The translations under genes and the position numbers were made by a program. From assembly GCA_951406725.2 (NCBI GenBank), contig OX597843.1:13950001-14014000 (forward strand): a DNA stretch of 64,000 bases. The letters are read 5' to 3'. The stretch is from Octopus vulgaris. Taxonomy: Eukaryota. This document shows positions 12,895-25,754 of the stretch, piece by piece. Under the pieces are notes generated by a model, which was not told the DNA's origin, searched no databases, and saw only the letters and a list, made by a program, of their open reading frames with translations. Within the stretch, counting starts at the first letter, position 1. Every line of letters begins with the position of its first letter.

Positions 12895-12929
12895 GTTTAA
12901 CGTTTCGAGCGGAGCTCTTCGTCAGAAAC
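12895..12929 (-). ncRNA. Minimal type I hammerhead ribozyme motif in a Penelope-like pseudo-LTR fragment (12793-13000)
   Basis: Minus strand GTTT-CTGACGA-A-GAGC-TCC-GCTC-GAAA-CG-TT-AAAC: intact CUGANGA and GAAA boxes, 4-bp stems I and II, palindromic AACGTT replacing stem III. Confidence 0.8.
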
Positions 12930-13053
12930 ATAGGTAAAGAAAAGATCCAAGGAAGGAAAGACGGAGGAAAAAAAATTGCCAACAGTACACACGTGGTCAC
13001 AATATGTATATAAATATATATATATATCATCATCATCATCATCATCGTTTAGC

Positions 13054-13119
<66 letters not shown>

Positions 13120-13286
13120 GTGTGTGTGTGTGTATATATCTTCTTGATCCACTGTGGCCATGTGGATAAGAAGTTTGCTTTATGACAACATATGGCTCTG
13201 GCTTCAGTCCCACTGCATGGCACACTGAGTAAGTGTCTTCTACTATAGCCCCAGACTAAAAGAAGGCCTTGTGTATGGATTTGGTG

Positions 13287-13377
<91 letters not shown>

Positions 13378-13504
13378 AAATTCAAAATGCGATAAAATAA
13401 AATTAATTATTATCGCTGGTGTTTATATATATACACATATATATACACACACACACACACACACATATATATATTTACATATATGTGTGTGTCTGAGTGT
13501 ATAT

Positions 13505-13730
13505 ATTTCTGATAAGGCAGCTGCAGAAATAGCTAGCCAAAGATAAACATCTGTACTTAGATTTTGTTGACTTGGAGAAAGCTGTTGACAAGGCCTCCTG
13601 ATCCCTTATCTGGTGGTCAATGCAGAAACAAAGGATAGGCAAATGGCTGGTGGGAGCTGTACAAGTCATTTACAAAGACACTACCAGTAAGGTGAAGATT
13701 GGCAATGAGTACAGGAAAGAATTCAGATTA
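13505..13730 (+). mobile_element. RTE-clade LINE reverse transcriptase fragment
   Basis: FLIRQLQK*LAKDKHLYLDFVDLEKAVDK..IWWSMQKQRIGKWLVGAVQVIYKDTTSKVKIG. Confidence 0.75.
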
Positions 13731-13734
13731 CAGC

Positions 13735-14740
13735 CCGGCTCGTTCTTCTGCTCCCGCCCATGCTGCTGCACTTGCCCTTACCTCTCCAACACCACCCTCC
13801 TCACTGGCACCCATCATTGACCCTATCATATCACCGACTCCTTCACCTGCACTTCTAGCAATGTCATCTACTGCATCTCCTGCTCTCTATCTGCCTTTTT
13901 CTATACATTGGGCAAATGGGACGCTGCTTGGCTGACTGGTTCCCAGAACACCTCCAAGACATCCAACTCGGCAATGATACCCTGGTCTCACACCATTTCT
14001 GTTCTACTGGTCACTCTTTGCAACACCTGTCTGTGTTTGGATTGTCCTTGCACAGGGGTCATCTGGACTCTCGTTTGTGCCGTGAACAGGGATTAATGTT
14101 CTCTCTTCACTCCTTTGTGCCACATGGGCTCAACTCTCCTCCTCTCTCCTCTCTCCCTCTCACACCTGCTTCCTCCCACCCACCTCCCCTCTTTTGCTTT
14201 GACTTACTTCAATTCACTCGTACACTCCTCTCTTCTCTTCATTCCTACCCACATACTCCCTTCCCCCTTTCCCTTCCCCCTTCCTAACCCCACCCTTAAA
14301 CAATCCAACCCCATCTTCCGTATCCATCCCTTACACCCATTCCCACATACCCCACCACACACATACTAGCACTGACCACTTCCCAGCCCTACATCCACAC
14401 ACCTACACACACACACACATGTCAAGGTCACCAGCCCTCTTCCACATGCACATACATGCTCTGTCATGCACACAGATGCACAACTTCGTTTTGGGATCAC
14501 CACTACTTCATTATCTCCCCTTCTTCCTAGCTCTCCTGTGTTGCTCTTCTGTCTGGCATTCGCCATCATAGATCGCTAGCCACTACACACCCTTTTTTGC
14601 TCTCCTTGTTTCTTTCTGTGTTCCTTTCTGTGGAAGAGCGTAGGCTCAAAATGTTTAAAACTTTTCACTTCCCGAGAGTTATACTAATACATCTTTTTTA
14701 TTTTCTACACCACCTGTCTTCATCTTTTGTGAATTCTTCC
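13735..14740 (+). mobile_element. Penelope-like 3' fragment (degenerate GIY-YIG domain plus pseudo-LTR with a decayed hammerhead at ~14625-14661)
   Basis: SFTCTSSNVIYCISCS..EHLQDIQL. The terminal region carries CTGTGGA-A-GAGC-GTAG-GCTC-AAAA-TGTT. Confidence 0.7.
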
Positions 14741-14803
14741 TATATATATATGTGTGTGTATATATATATGTGTGTATATATATATGTATATATATATATA
14801 AAT

Positions 14804-14870
<67 letters not shown>

Positions 14871-15979
14871 CATATATGTATATATCGTGATCACATGATC
14901 AATCGGACTATCAGATGTTATACATCACTGGTCACAATGCACTTTGCATTGTTTTTTAGCTTTCAAATGATGCCACCCTGTCAATTGGTAAGCAGGCCAA
15001 CATTCACCCTGGTCAGAAGACTAAGTCCATTGCAGGGTGGCACCCATTTCGAGTTGAGTGGACTGGGCCAACATGAAGTGACGTGATTTGCTCAAGAATA
15101 CAATGAGCAACCAGGTTCTCAAGATTGTGAGTGCAACAAGCCTAACCACTGGGCCACGTGTATGTGCATCTTTGTGTCTGTGTTTGTCATGCACCACTGC
15201 TTGACAACTGGTGTTGGTTTGCTTACATCCCTGTAACTTATCAGTTCAGCATTGTACCAGGCTTTAAAAAGAAACCCCCAAAAAAAACATAAATACTAGG
15301 GGTGGCCGGGGATGCTGATAAGTCAGTGTTCCAGCATGGCCACAGTCCAATGACTAATAGAAGTAAAAGATGAAAGAAGGGTTCGGGTTCTGATAAAAGA
15401 TAAGGGATTTTGGATGGGGGGTGGGGTGACGGGGGGGAGCGGAGGTGGCTCTTGTTTTCCTTCCTTTTGTGTACCTGTGTGTGTGTGTATGTTTTATGCA
15501 TGTAAATATGAGTGTGTGTGTGTGTGCTTGTTTGACTGTGTGTGTGTGTATGTATGCGCATATGTGTGTCTATGTTGTATGTGTGTGTATGTTCTTATAT
15601 GTGTGTGTGTCCCTGTGTGTGTGTGTGTGTGTGTGGTAGGAGTCTCACTTTTTTTCCACCCTCCTCATCCTCATCCTCCTCCTCCTCCTCCCCCCTTTCC
15701 ATGTGGTTCTTATCACAAAGGTGAAAAAGCGATGGAGTTGAGATAAAGGGAGTTTGAAAATAAGAGCCGAAGTGAGGGGGAGGGGTTGATGTTGGTGGGT
15801 GGGGGTGGGGAGCAGTGATGTTGGAGTGGTGGTGGTGGTGGAGGCAGAGATGTAAGATTTCAGAAATAAATTGAAGAGAATAAAATATAAAATAAAAATT
15901 TTTTTAAATGTAATAAATATAGAAAAAGTATGGCCTTCTTTCCTCTGGCAAAAAATCTGTTTTATATCTCCAGTTTTAG

Positions 15980-16315
15980 TGATGGTTGCGATGGTGGTGG
16001 TTTCGGTGATAGTGGTGGTGGTAGTGGTGGTGGTAGTTTTGGTGATAGTGGTGGTGGTGGAGGGAGGTTTCGGTGATAGTGGTGGTGGTGGTGGAGGAGG
16101 TTTCGGTGATAGTGGTGGTGGTGGTGGTGGTGGTGGAGGTTTCGGTGATAGTGGTGGTGGTGGTGGTGGAGGTTTCGGTGATAGTGGTGGTGGTGGTGGT
16201 GGTGGAGGAGGTTTCGGTGATAGTGGTGGTGGTGGAGGAGGTTTCGGTGATAGTGGTGGTGGTGGTGGAGGAGGAGGTTTTGGTGGTAGTGGTGGTGGTG
16301 GTGGTGGTGGTAGTA
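15980..16315. repeat. (GGT)n-based minisatellite with recurring GGAGGTTTCGGTGATAGT unit
   Basis: About 7 units of variable length; they produce the GGFGDSGGG and PPPLSPKPP ORFs. Confidence 0.85.
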
Positions 16316-17357
16316 CTATGTTATTGTTGTGGTTGTTGATGTTATCTAACCTTCGTCTCACCAACATTGGTTCTAATACAGCAGATCTATGATGAAAGAC
16401 GTTCCAGCCATGACCATGCCAACTTTCTCTCCTTTCCTGTCACTGTATATCTAAGACTACATCATTCAGTGTGTCCAAACCACCAGCAACAACGTTGAGA
16501 GGTGAGGTTTCACTTTGTCTTAAACCCCTACTCAAAACCCTTTTAATCCCGATGGCCCTTCCATTTATTCAGACCCCATGTGTCCTGCTTTATGTACTGC
16601 CATCCGTCAGGGACCACTTTCTGTGTTTCTTTTTCAATAATTTTCCTTCAGTCCTTGGTCCAGATCTTCTCAACCATTTTTGGATTTTTTTTGGAGGGGT
16701 CAGGTTTTCCCCCAGTTAAGATAATGAGGCTTCCAGATAACCTAATAAAAAGAGCAGTCTGTTAATGTAATTAACGTGCAAATGGCTGAGTACTCCACAG
16801 ATACATGTATCCTTAACATAGACTCGGTGTGATACAGAATATGACAAGGCTGGCCCCTTGTGTATTACAGGTACAACTCATTTTTGCCAGCTGAGAGGAC
16901 AGGAGCAATGTGGAATAAAGTGTCTTGCTCAAGGATACAATGCACGACCAGTAATTGAACTGATGACCTTACAATCGTGAGCTGAATGCACTAGCCATTA
17001 AGCCTTGCACCTTTTCTGAAAGGGACCACACTTAAAAAAGTAAAACACAAGTCAATTTCAGAAAAATTTATTATATTTATAGAAGAAAGATTATAAGGGG
17101 CCACTGGAGGGACGAGTGAGGGCCACATGAGGCCCTGGAAGGAGGCACAGTTCAGAACCGCTACCTAGGACTCATAAAGTGTGTTACCTGGCTCCATGGC
17201 TACAAGTGACCGAGCTCGCAACATTCCCCTGAAAGGGACACTGGACCATTACAGAGTTCAAAGGGATGAGTTTAGTCAATTATATCAATCCCTGTACTTC
17301 ATTGGGTACTTTATTTTATTGACCTCAAAAAGATGAAAGGTAAAGTTGAACTTCTGT

Positions 17358-17657
17358 TCCTTCCTTCTCGAGCCATGCCTGACTCATAAGGGCCAGTTTC
17401 CTGGTTTCCTTGGCGTATAGGTTCCCCACCTGGATGGGACGCTGGTCCGTCGCAGGTGAGCTGCAAGATGCAGGAGGAAAGAGTGAGAGAAAGTTGTGGC
17501 GAAAGAGTCAGCAGAAGTTCACCATTCCCTTCTGTCAGAGCCGCGTGGAGCTTAGGTGTTTCACTCATAAACACACACATCGCCCGGTATGAGATTCGAA
17601 CCTGCGATCCCTCGACCGCGAGTCTGCTGCTCTAACCACTAGGCCACGTGCCTCCAC
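17358..17657 (-). mobile_element. tRNA-derived SINE (GGAGGCACGTGGCCTAGTGGTTAG head)
   Basis: Minus-strand A-box TGGCCTAGTGG and B-box GGTTCGAATC. Related to copies at 32370-32547 and 49163-49470. Confidence 0.75.
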
Positions 17658-17869
17658 ACAAAGTTGAACTTGGCAGGATTTGAATCCAGAATGTAAAGAA
17701 CCAGCCTCACCATTCTTCCTGCTTGTTGCCCTACTTTCTCTGTTGGTTATATTTAATGAACTCCTTCCACCCACCCTCTAATTAACGAACCTTTCTCTAC
17801 TGAGCCCCAGCTGCAGCCTTTTACAGTCATCTGACCCCAGGAGGCCTTACTGTGTGCTTCTTCACTCTT

Positions 17870-18502
17870 TTAACCCTTTTGTTACCATAGTTACATAGAA
17901 CTGTGCCTCTTCCCAGGGCCTCATGTGGCCCTCACTCATCCCTCCAGTGGCCCCTTATAATCTTTCTTCTATAAATATAATAATTTTTTCTGAAATTGAC
18001 TTGTGCTTTACTTTTTCAAGTGTGACCCCTTTCAGAAAAGGTGCAAGGCTTAATGGCTAGTGTTCCTTTCAATTAATTTTAGATATAACAAAGAATTTAG
18101 TAAAATAACTTGGTTATCATTAAGCTAACGTTAGGAACATAAATTGTGACTAAGGTTTGGTGGAAGATTTTAATTCAGAACTTTTGAAAACAAGACATTT
18201 GTACTAAGGAGCCAGAGGTGGTTTCAGCCAGGTTGGTATCAAAAGGGTTAAGAATTATTTCTCTATTATATATCTTAACCATTTTGTTACAATATTTCTG
18301 CTGAGATGTTCTGTGTTCCTTTCAATTACTTTAAATATAGCAAAGAATTTAGTAAAATAACTTAGTTATCATTCAGCTAGTGTTAGGAACATAAATTGTG
18401 ACTAAGGTTTGGTGGAAGATTTGAATTCAAAACTCATGAAAACAAGACATTTGTACTCTGAGCCAGAGGTGGTTTCAGCCGGGTTGGTATCAAAAGGGTT
18501 AA
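17870..18502. mobile_element. Two-unit piggyBac-like MITE array; the first unit is interrupted by an inverted local copy
   Basis: TTAACCCTTTTGTTACC at 17870, same spacer as the 11047 array, ends GGTATCAAAAGGGTTAA at 18502. Confidence 0.75.
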
Positions 18503-18639
18503 ACTTTGCAGAATTGAAGCTGGTCACTCTCTAAGACGTTTTCTGTGAGTCCAGATCCCTCTTGGGGGCGGGGGGGGGGTTATGGTCTTCTGGATGTGTT
18601 AGTGTGTACATGTGTGTGTGTGTGTGTTTGTGTTTGTCT

Positions 18640-19235
18640 CACAATTTACGTTCCTAACACTAGCTTAATGATAACTAAGTTATTTTACTAAATTCTTTGT
18701 TATATTTAAAGTAATTGAAAGAAACACAGAGCATCTCAGCAGAAATACAGTAACGAAAGGGTTAAGATATATAATAGAGAAATAATTCTTAACCCTTTTG
18801 ATACCAACCTGGCTGAAGCCGGCTCTGGCTCTGTAGTAAAAATGTCTTCTTTTCATGAGTTTTGAATTAAAATCTTCCACCAAACCTTAGTCACAATTTA
18901 TGTTCCTATCACTAGCTGAATGATAACTAAGTTATTTTACTAAATTCTTTGTTATATTTAAAGTAATTGAAAGAAACACAGAACATCTCAGCAGAAATAC
19001 AGTAACAAAATGGTTAAGATATATAATAGAGAAACAATTCTTAACCCTTTTGATACCAGCCTGGCTGAAACCAGCTCTGGCTCTGTAGTAAAAATGTCTT
19101 CTTTTCATGAGTTTTGAATTAAAATCTTCCACCAAACCTTAGTCACAATTTATGTTCCTATCACTAGCTGAATGATAACTAAGTTATTTTACTAAATTCT
19201 TTGTTATATTTGAAGTAATTGGAAGAAACACACAG
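18640..19235. mobile_element. piggyBac-like MITE array in the opposite orientation (about 2.4 units)
   Basis: Reverse complement of the 252-bp unit, including the spacer gatatataatagagaaataattc. Confidence 0.75.
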
Positions 19236-19630
19236 TAAGCCCTCCACCACCACCACTTGCTGGTATTGATGTGTTTACATCCTCATGACTTAGCGGTTTG
19301 GCAAAAGAGATCTGTTAGAATAAGCAGCTGACCTAAAAAGAAAAAATACTGGTGTTGGTTCATTCGACGAAACTTTTTTCTTTAAGATGCTGCCCCAGTA
19401 TGGCCGCAGTCTAATGAGTGAAACAAGTAAAAGATAAAAGATAAACGAATCAAGCCTGCATTGAAGTTGGTCTTGGCAGCCAGCCTTGGTCCGCATGGGG
19501 GCAGCAGCCGTGAATCTCTTTTTATAATGGTCCCGTTATAGACCTTAATTTAGAAACATGTTTTTCAAGGAATGAATGAAAGGAAAGAGAAAATTACAAG
19601 ACTAAAAGAACGAATTATTGAGAAATTATA

Positions 19631-19795
19631 GGCGCAGGAGTGGCTGTGTAGTAAGTAGCTTGCTTACCAACCACAGGGTTCAGGGTTCAGTCCCACTGCG
19701 TGGCACCTTGGGCAAGTGTCTTCTGCTATAGCCTCGGGCCGACCAAAGCCTTGTGAGTGGATTTGGTAGACGGAAACTGAAAGAAGCCCGTCGTA

Positions 19796-19836
<41 letters not shown>

Positions 19837-20040
19837 TTGTGTGTCTGTGTTTGTCCCCCTAGCATTGCTTGACAACCGATGCTGGTGTGTTTATGTCCCC
19901 GTCACTTAGCGGTTCGGCGAAAAGAGACCAATAGAATAAGTACTGGGCTTACAAAGAATAAGTCCCGGGGTCGAGTTGCTCGACTAAAAGCGGTGCTCCA
20001 GCATGGCCACAGTCAAATGACTGAAACAAGTAAAAGAGTA
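19631..20040 (+). mobile_element. Full-length major tRNA-headed SINE (about 410 bp, central (TA)n/(TG)n)
   Basis: GGCGCAGGAGTGGCTGTG..GGTTCAGTCCC head and ..GAAACAAGTAAAAGAGTA tail; many near-identical copies in the window. Confidence 0.85.
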
Positions 20041-20831
20041 AATAACCCCCCCCACCACCACCACCACCAAAAAACCCCTTCATTTAGAAAAAAGGTGGGG
20101 GAAGAATAACGGATTGTAAAGTACCAGAACAAATGGCTTGTTTTGGCTGTGCCTGGGCAGATACAACCGTAAAGGCATTGCTGCGGAGAATGGACAGTGA
20201 CCAGTGGTAGCTCATGTACAGGCACTGTGCAACTGCAGCACCCCCTATTTCCATTCAATGTTATCGATAACATTCAATATAACGAGTCCTTTGTTCTTTA
20301 ATTCTGTCTTTATACGGAGTGGTTGGCGTTAGGAAGGGCATCCAGCTGTAGAAACACTGCCAGATCTGACTGGCCTGGTGCAGCCTTCGGGCTTCCCAGA
20401 CCCCAGTTGAACCGTCCAACCCATGCTAGCATGGAAGGCGGACGTTAAACGATGATGATAATGATCATGATACTTGTACGTTATACAATCCTTCAACTTT
20501 TAATGTCAGTAGCCATTCCCCAGTTTATGAAAAAATACAAAAATCCTTGTACAGAACTGTGTGCTTCATTGTTCCAGCGACGTGGTGTTTGGTCGTTGTG
20601 TGCATGCTCACATATCTGAGATAGGAAGCTCTATGCTAGGGAAAGAGAGCACTGTGGTTCATGTAGTGCCGACCCTGGTGTGTTGGTGGAAGGCAGTGTT
20701 TCTTTTTGACTCCGTGTCTGTTGTGCTTAAAAACATTTATATTCTTGAATGTGATAAAGTGTAGAATTAGATTATTATCCTGCTTCCAGCTTCAGTGTTG
20801 CTACCAGGATTTGAAAAATAGAGAACATCCT

Positions 20832-21273
20832 GGATCTTTTCGGTTTGAACGGCAGTTTTTTAAAATAATTTCCACGTAACTAAACACTTTTAAACTTCGT
20901 ATTCTGGTAGAATGTGTTTATAAAACATCTTTTTCTCTTGGCTTATTGAGAAAATTCTATAGTTTGTAAGATATTTGTTGTATTTTTTCTTCAATTTCTG
21001 CAATTTCAACCAATCAATGACGTCTATTGAGGTAAAAAAACATTCTGTGCCGTATGAATATGTCTCTTATTTAAGAAACAGATTGGGTTTATTTACATTT
21101 GTGAAGAAAAAAGATACCCTTCCCCCCACCCCTAACCCTAACCCTAACCAACCCTAACTCTAACCCTAACCCTAAAACATTGAAATGCAATAGATCGATA
21201 CTAGGGTCATAATTATGGGTGACAATTTCATATGACACGCTAGAAAAAACTGCCGGTCAAACCGAAAAGATCC
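20832..21273. mobile_element. MITE with GGATCTTTTCGGTTTGA terminal inverted repeats (Merlin-like), containing CCCTAA repeats
   Basis: TIR of ~29 bp at both ends; flanks aacatcct/cacatccc; seven copies in the window. Confidence 0.8.
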
Positions 21274-21735
21274 CACATCCCCACCCCCCGGGTATTTTGT
21301 GATTTAGAGAAGACTTTTGAAAAACGAGGAGGAATTCATGGCAGTGTTCAGTGAACAAATTAAACTCCCTACCCGGCAGTGGCTAAAACACAAGCTGATT
21401 GAGTTTATGGATAAATTTTCTTTTTATATGTTTGTTTTCTTTTGCACAATATTAAAACAATGGCTGAAAATTTTCTGAAGCAGCACCCCCCCCCCCACTA
21501 ATTTTATCTACGAGCCAACACTGACATGTCACTTGCTACAACAGCCTCATGGAATTCATTTCTCACCCAGGCTACAGTTATACTGATTTTCAAGAGGAAA
21601 TCTGATGTCCAGGATCCGATAACAACTAAGATCTCGACGAGGATTGGCACAAATGAATTGCAGCCGGATCAGACACCTGTTCCGTAATGGTTAAATAATT
21701 TCTACCTCTTTCCATCAGATCTGATTGTGAGAGTA

Positions 21736-22098
21736 TCTCTACATATATAAACGGCAAAATGTTTGTGTGTGTGTCCTTTATAGAAATCCACAATTTTTCA
21801 GTTAAAGGGCTCACACTTTCTATGGTCATTCAAAACCGTCCAAGGGTGGTCGTGCACATCTTTACATTTTCCCAGTCACCCACGCAAAGTCATTAAAAAA
21901 TCAATAGCAGTGACTTTTCGTGAATTTTGTATCCAAAACCCTATCAAAATGCCCAAAACTTGATATGCCAATTGAATGCCAGCTAGCTGTATGTGACTAG
22001 TCAGAGATTTGGACAGTACTCGCGTGTATGTGCGCACAACGCAGCTGTATATGCATGCACTAGCACTGTGACCCGGCGTTGCCGGGTCATAGTGCTAG
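21736..22098 (+). mobile_element. Non-autonomous Helitron
   Basis: 5' A|TC start, 3' hairpin GACCCGGC-GTT-GCCGGGTC, end CTAG|T. Confidence 0.75.
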
Positions 22099-22651
22099 TA
22101 GATATATAATTTATTTTCTAGTGATAAAAGTTTCACTATAGGACACATCGAAGTGTTCAGTATATTTGAGCCATAGGAAAACGGGAAAAATCATGATGAC
22201 AGATAAAAGAGAGGTTACTAAAATATATTCTGTTGTAAAATTATTTTGTGCCCAAAATCATAAACTAAAAATGTATAGATATATAAATATATGAATACAC
22301 TTAAAACTATATTAAAAATACATTAAAAATATATAGATATTAATACAAAAATATGCTAAGAATATATAAAGAACATACAATATATAATCCTACTTACAAT
22401 AAAGACAGTATTAAAATTATATACACAGAATGGGTGGAGTGTAGAAAATATTGAAATTCATATAGAGGTTTATAATCTGTTAAAACCCGACGGCCGTTTC
22501 TGGAGGCATAGTGGTGCAAAGATGTAACAGAATTTAAGTTTTATTAATTTAATGTCACCACCTCCTTCTTCGGGGAAGTTTCCAACTGGTCAGGCTACAT
22601 TTGTTATGCGCTGTTGTGGAATTCGATGCCGACAACCTCTATAAAGAGGTA

Positions 22652-23057
22652 TACTCTTTTACTTGTTTCAGTCATTTGACTGCGGCCATGCTGGAGCACC
22701 GCCTTTAGTCGAGCAAGTCGACCCTGAAACTTATTCTTTGTAAGCCCAGTACTTATTCTATCGGTCTCTTTTGCCGAACCGCTAAGTGACGGGGACGTAA
22801 AGACACCAGCATCGGTTGTCAAGCAATGATAGGGGGACAAACACAGACACACAAACACACACACACACATACATATATATATATACATATATACAACAGG
22901 CTTCTTTCAGTTTCCGTCTACCAAATCCACTCACAAGGCTTTGGTCGGCCCGGGGCTATAGCAGAAGACACTTGCTCAAGATACCACGCAGTGGGACTGA
23001 ACCCGGAACCATGTGGTTGGTAAGCAAGCTACTTACCACACAGCCACTCCTGCGCCT
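22652..23057 (-). mobile_element. Major tRNA-headed SINE
   Basis: Reverse complement of 19631-20040. Confidence 0.85.
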
Positions 23058-23099
23058 ATGCTTATTATTATGGTGGGTGGGTGTTAGGTATGTATTTTT

Positions 23100-23660
23100 T
23101 TTTTTATACAGTAGTAGGAGGGGGGAATATACAACGATTGAGATGAAGCTATTAATAATATTAGAAGTGGAGGGTTGGATGAGAAGACATAAACCAAGCT
23201 TTTATATTTCAGATTTGATGGAATAATGATTTATCGGGTAGTCAGGAAGAGTTAACCAAATGTCTAAGGGTGGGATAATACCTGTGTCTACAAGAGAAGA
23301 TGACATCTGAAAACCTATTTAGCATTGAAGAATTTTGCATATGCAGAATGGTTAAGGATTCCCTAGAATAAAGATTATATTTATGTATATATGAATTGTA
23401 AGGGGGTGCTTCAGTTACTATTGACAAAGATAGTTTGTTCTGTATATTTTGCACTTTGAGATTATGGGTATGTGTAGCTAAAGAAGCAGGAAACTTGGAT
23501 TTTAGGGTTAATAAAGGAATTAATATATGTATGACATCCACACTTAAAGTCTGCTGTGCTCCTAATATACATCATTGCTTAGTGGTTGTGGAGTGTCAAC
23601 ATAGTGCATTTATATATCACATTTTTGCTTATGCAAAAACCTTCAAGAGGGCATAAATTC
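23100..23660 (-). mobile_element. Highly degenerate LINE RT C-terminal remnant (Jockey/I-like)
   Basis: KVQNIQNKLSLSIVTEAPPYNSYIHK resembles the LINE QN..LR.I..AP.Y motif. Confidence 0.4.
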
Positions 23661-23749
23661 GATGCACGATAATTGCAGGATTTTTTTTATTTGTATGATA
23701 GTTAAAGCGTCGCCCTAGTGAGGTTAACATGTCACTGTTTAAAACATAA

Positions 23750-24320
23750 CGTTAAAGTCTGGTCATAGGATGACCAATGGTTTCATATCCACGAAAGCTA
23801 CAGCCTTGTGGACAGCTTATCAAACTCTATACAAAGGTAAATTTAACTTTTCACCTCGTGTTGGCAGAGAAACACTTGGACAAAATGTTCAAACAGGAAA
23901 AAAAGTTATTGAGAATGGATTATCTTCCCTGGACTAGAAGATTATTGGAAGCTAGGATCTATTTCTTATCAGCTTAAACAGCAACTAGGCATCACTTGAA
24001 CAAATTTTGAGAAAATTTCTTTACGATTATTTAACGCGCCAGGCTTAGCATCATTTTTTTTAGGATGTTAGTTTGCTCTGCAATGCAGAGTTTGCAGAGT
24101 CCACTCCCCTTAATATATGGGCCTGATGATATTCCATCTGGGTATCATATGGGGTTCCTTGATCTTTGAGGTCCCACACATGGCCGGCCAGGGACATTAC
24201 AAAACGTCTTTCTGGGACTCTGAAGGATGACCAGTGGTTGTAGAAGCGTCACTTGAAAGCTGTGCTGGTTGATCCAATATATTTACAGGGAGGGGTGCTG
24301 ACTATATTCGCATTCCTGGT
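23750..24320 (-). mobile_element. Penelope-like GIY-YIG endonuclease remnant
   Basis: Minus strand YIGSTSTAFK*RFYNHWSSFRVPERR..SLAGHVWDLKDQG. Confidence 0.65.
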
Positions 24321-24689
24321 ATGTCTCTGCTAACCTCTGGGCCTGTTGCTGATGTCACCGGTGTTGATGTTGTCATTATGGCGCATTGGTCTAGTGGTGC
24401 TGGCACGTCTGTCCTTGCTGCGGTGATTATCGCCGTGGTTGTCATCTCTGATCATATGGTAGGCGCTGATGCTGCTGGCGGTGGTGTGGGTGTCGCTCCT
24501 GGTAACATAGGGTGTAGGGTCAGTTACGTCCTCAGTGTCGATGGAAACGGTCTCTGACTTTATGCTTTAATATTTTTCTTTAGGGAGCGCTTTTTATTCT
24601 GATATATGTTATATTGACAATGTGTGAGTGGGGGGTTATGCATCTGCGGCCTTTTGAGTTTGGTGAGCTGCCTCAAATCAAAAACTTTT

Positions 24690-25480
24690 CAATGCCATGG
24701 CCCACTATTACAACCAGGCCTTGGCATCCAGTGGGTTTAAGGACCACATCTCCTTAACAGCAATATCGCCAGACCCATCACCTGTAATAACAGCACCGGC
24801 GGTAGCTCCAACGACAGCAGCAACAACAATTTCACACCTATGGCTAACAGAGGAAACACCAGAGGCAAGTACACAACCAGCCCTCAAGTTCAGAGAGACA
24901 TTGGCTCGGCCGGAACTACCTTTAAGCGGCACCTGTAAAACCACAGGTCTTCTTTTACGGTCCTGGAAAAACGTCACATCACGTCCATGGCCAGCCACAT
25001 TTGGGACCTTAAGAATAAAGAAGCTCCAAACGAAATGGAAGATAATAGAACATCTGGGATCCTATATAAACGGGAACGGATGGGGCAAACTTTGCATAGC
25101 AGAGCGAGCAAGAATCCTTAAAGACTCGATTGACCCGGAAATTCTCTTAAATTTAAGCACCTGCTCACATTTCAAGTACTACCTGCTGCAGGTGTGGGAT
25201 TCTCCGTTTGTCGATTATGGCTATACAGAACATTTGCGGACTGGAACCAACCTAGGGACAGAGGTTCTCGATTTGTTCTGTAAGTGCATAAGATTTGCAG
25301 TATTAACGGGTTTAAGGGTGATAACCTGCCCCATTTAAAGCTCAGGCATTCTTTTGTTTACAAATTAACTTACCGTAACGGTTTTCTTGCCTCCAGTTCG
25401 AAGAGAAGCTAAATGCCATTGGAGTCTTTAAAGCTAAACGCTTTAAGGATGCGAAACCATTGGTCATTCTATAACGGAAC
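24690..25480 (+). mobile_element. Penelope-like GIY-YIG remnant in the opposite orientation to 23750-24320
   Basis: HYYNQALASSGF..KWKIIEHLGSYINGNGWGKLCIAERARILK. The 3' GAAACCATTGGTC motif is shared with 23765-23785 (minus). Confidence 0.6.
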
Positions 25481-25703
25481 ATATATTTAGCTTCATACAC
25501 ACTTACATTATATATATGATGTAAGTATGTATGAAGCTATATATATATATTATATATTATATAATTGAAAAAATTGGAGTCAACAAAAAGGGGTATGGTT
25601 GGACAAGCTTATACTGTATTCTGCTACGTTCTTAACAGAATATATCGTAACTATATATATATGTGTGTGTGTATATATATATGTGTGTGTGTGTGTATGT
25701 ATG

Positions 25704-25754
<51 letters not shown>

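Noticed and set aside
15871-16392. Gly-rich secreted protein (GGFGDSGGG) or Pro-rich extensin-like protein on the opposite strand
   Set aside because: Both ORFs are read-through of a (GGT)n-derived minisatellite; no splice or codon evidence for a gene.
21125-21175. Telomere remnant or fusion site
   Set aside because: The CCCTAA repeats are internal to a MITE present seven times in the window.
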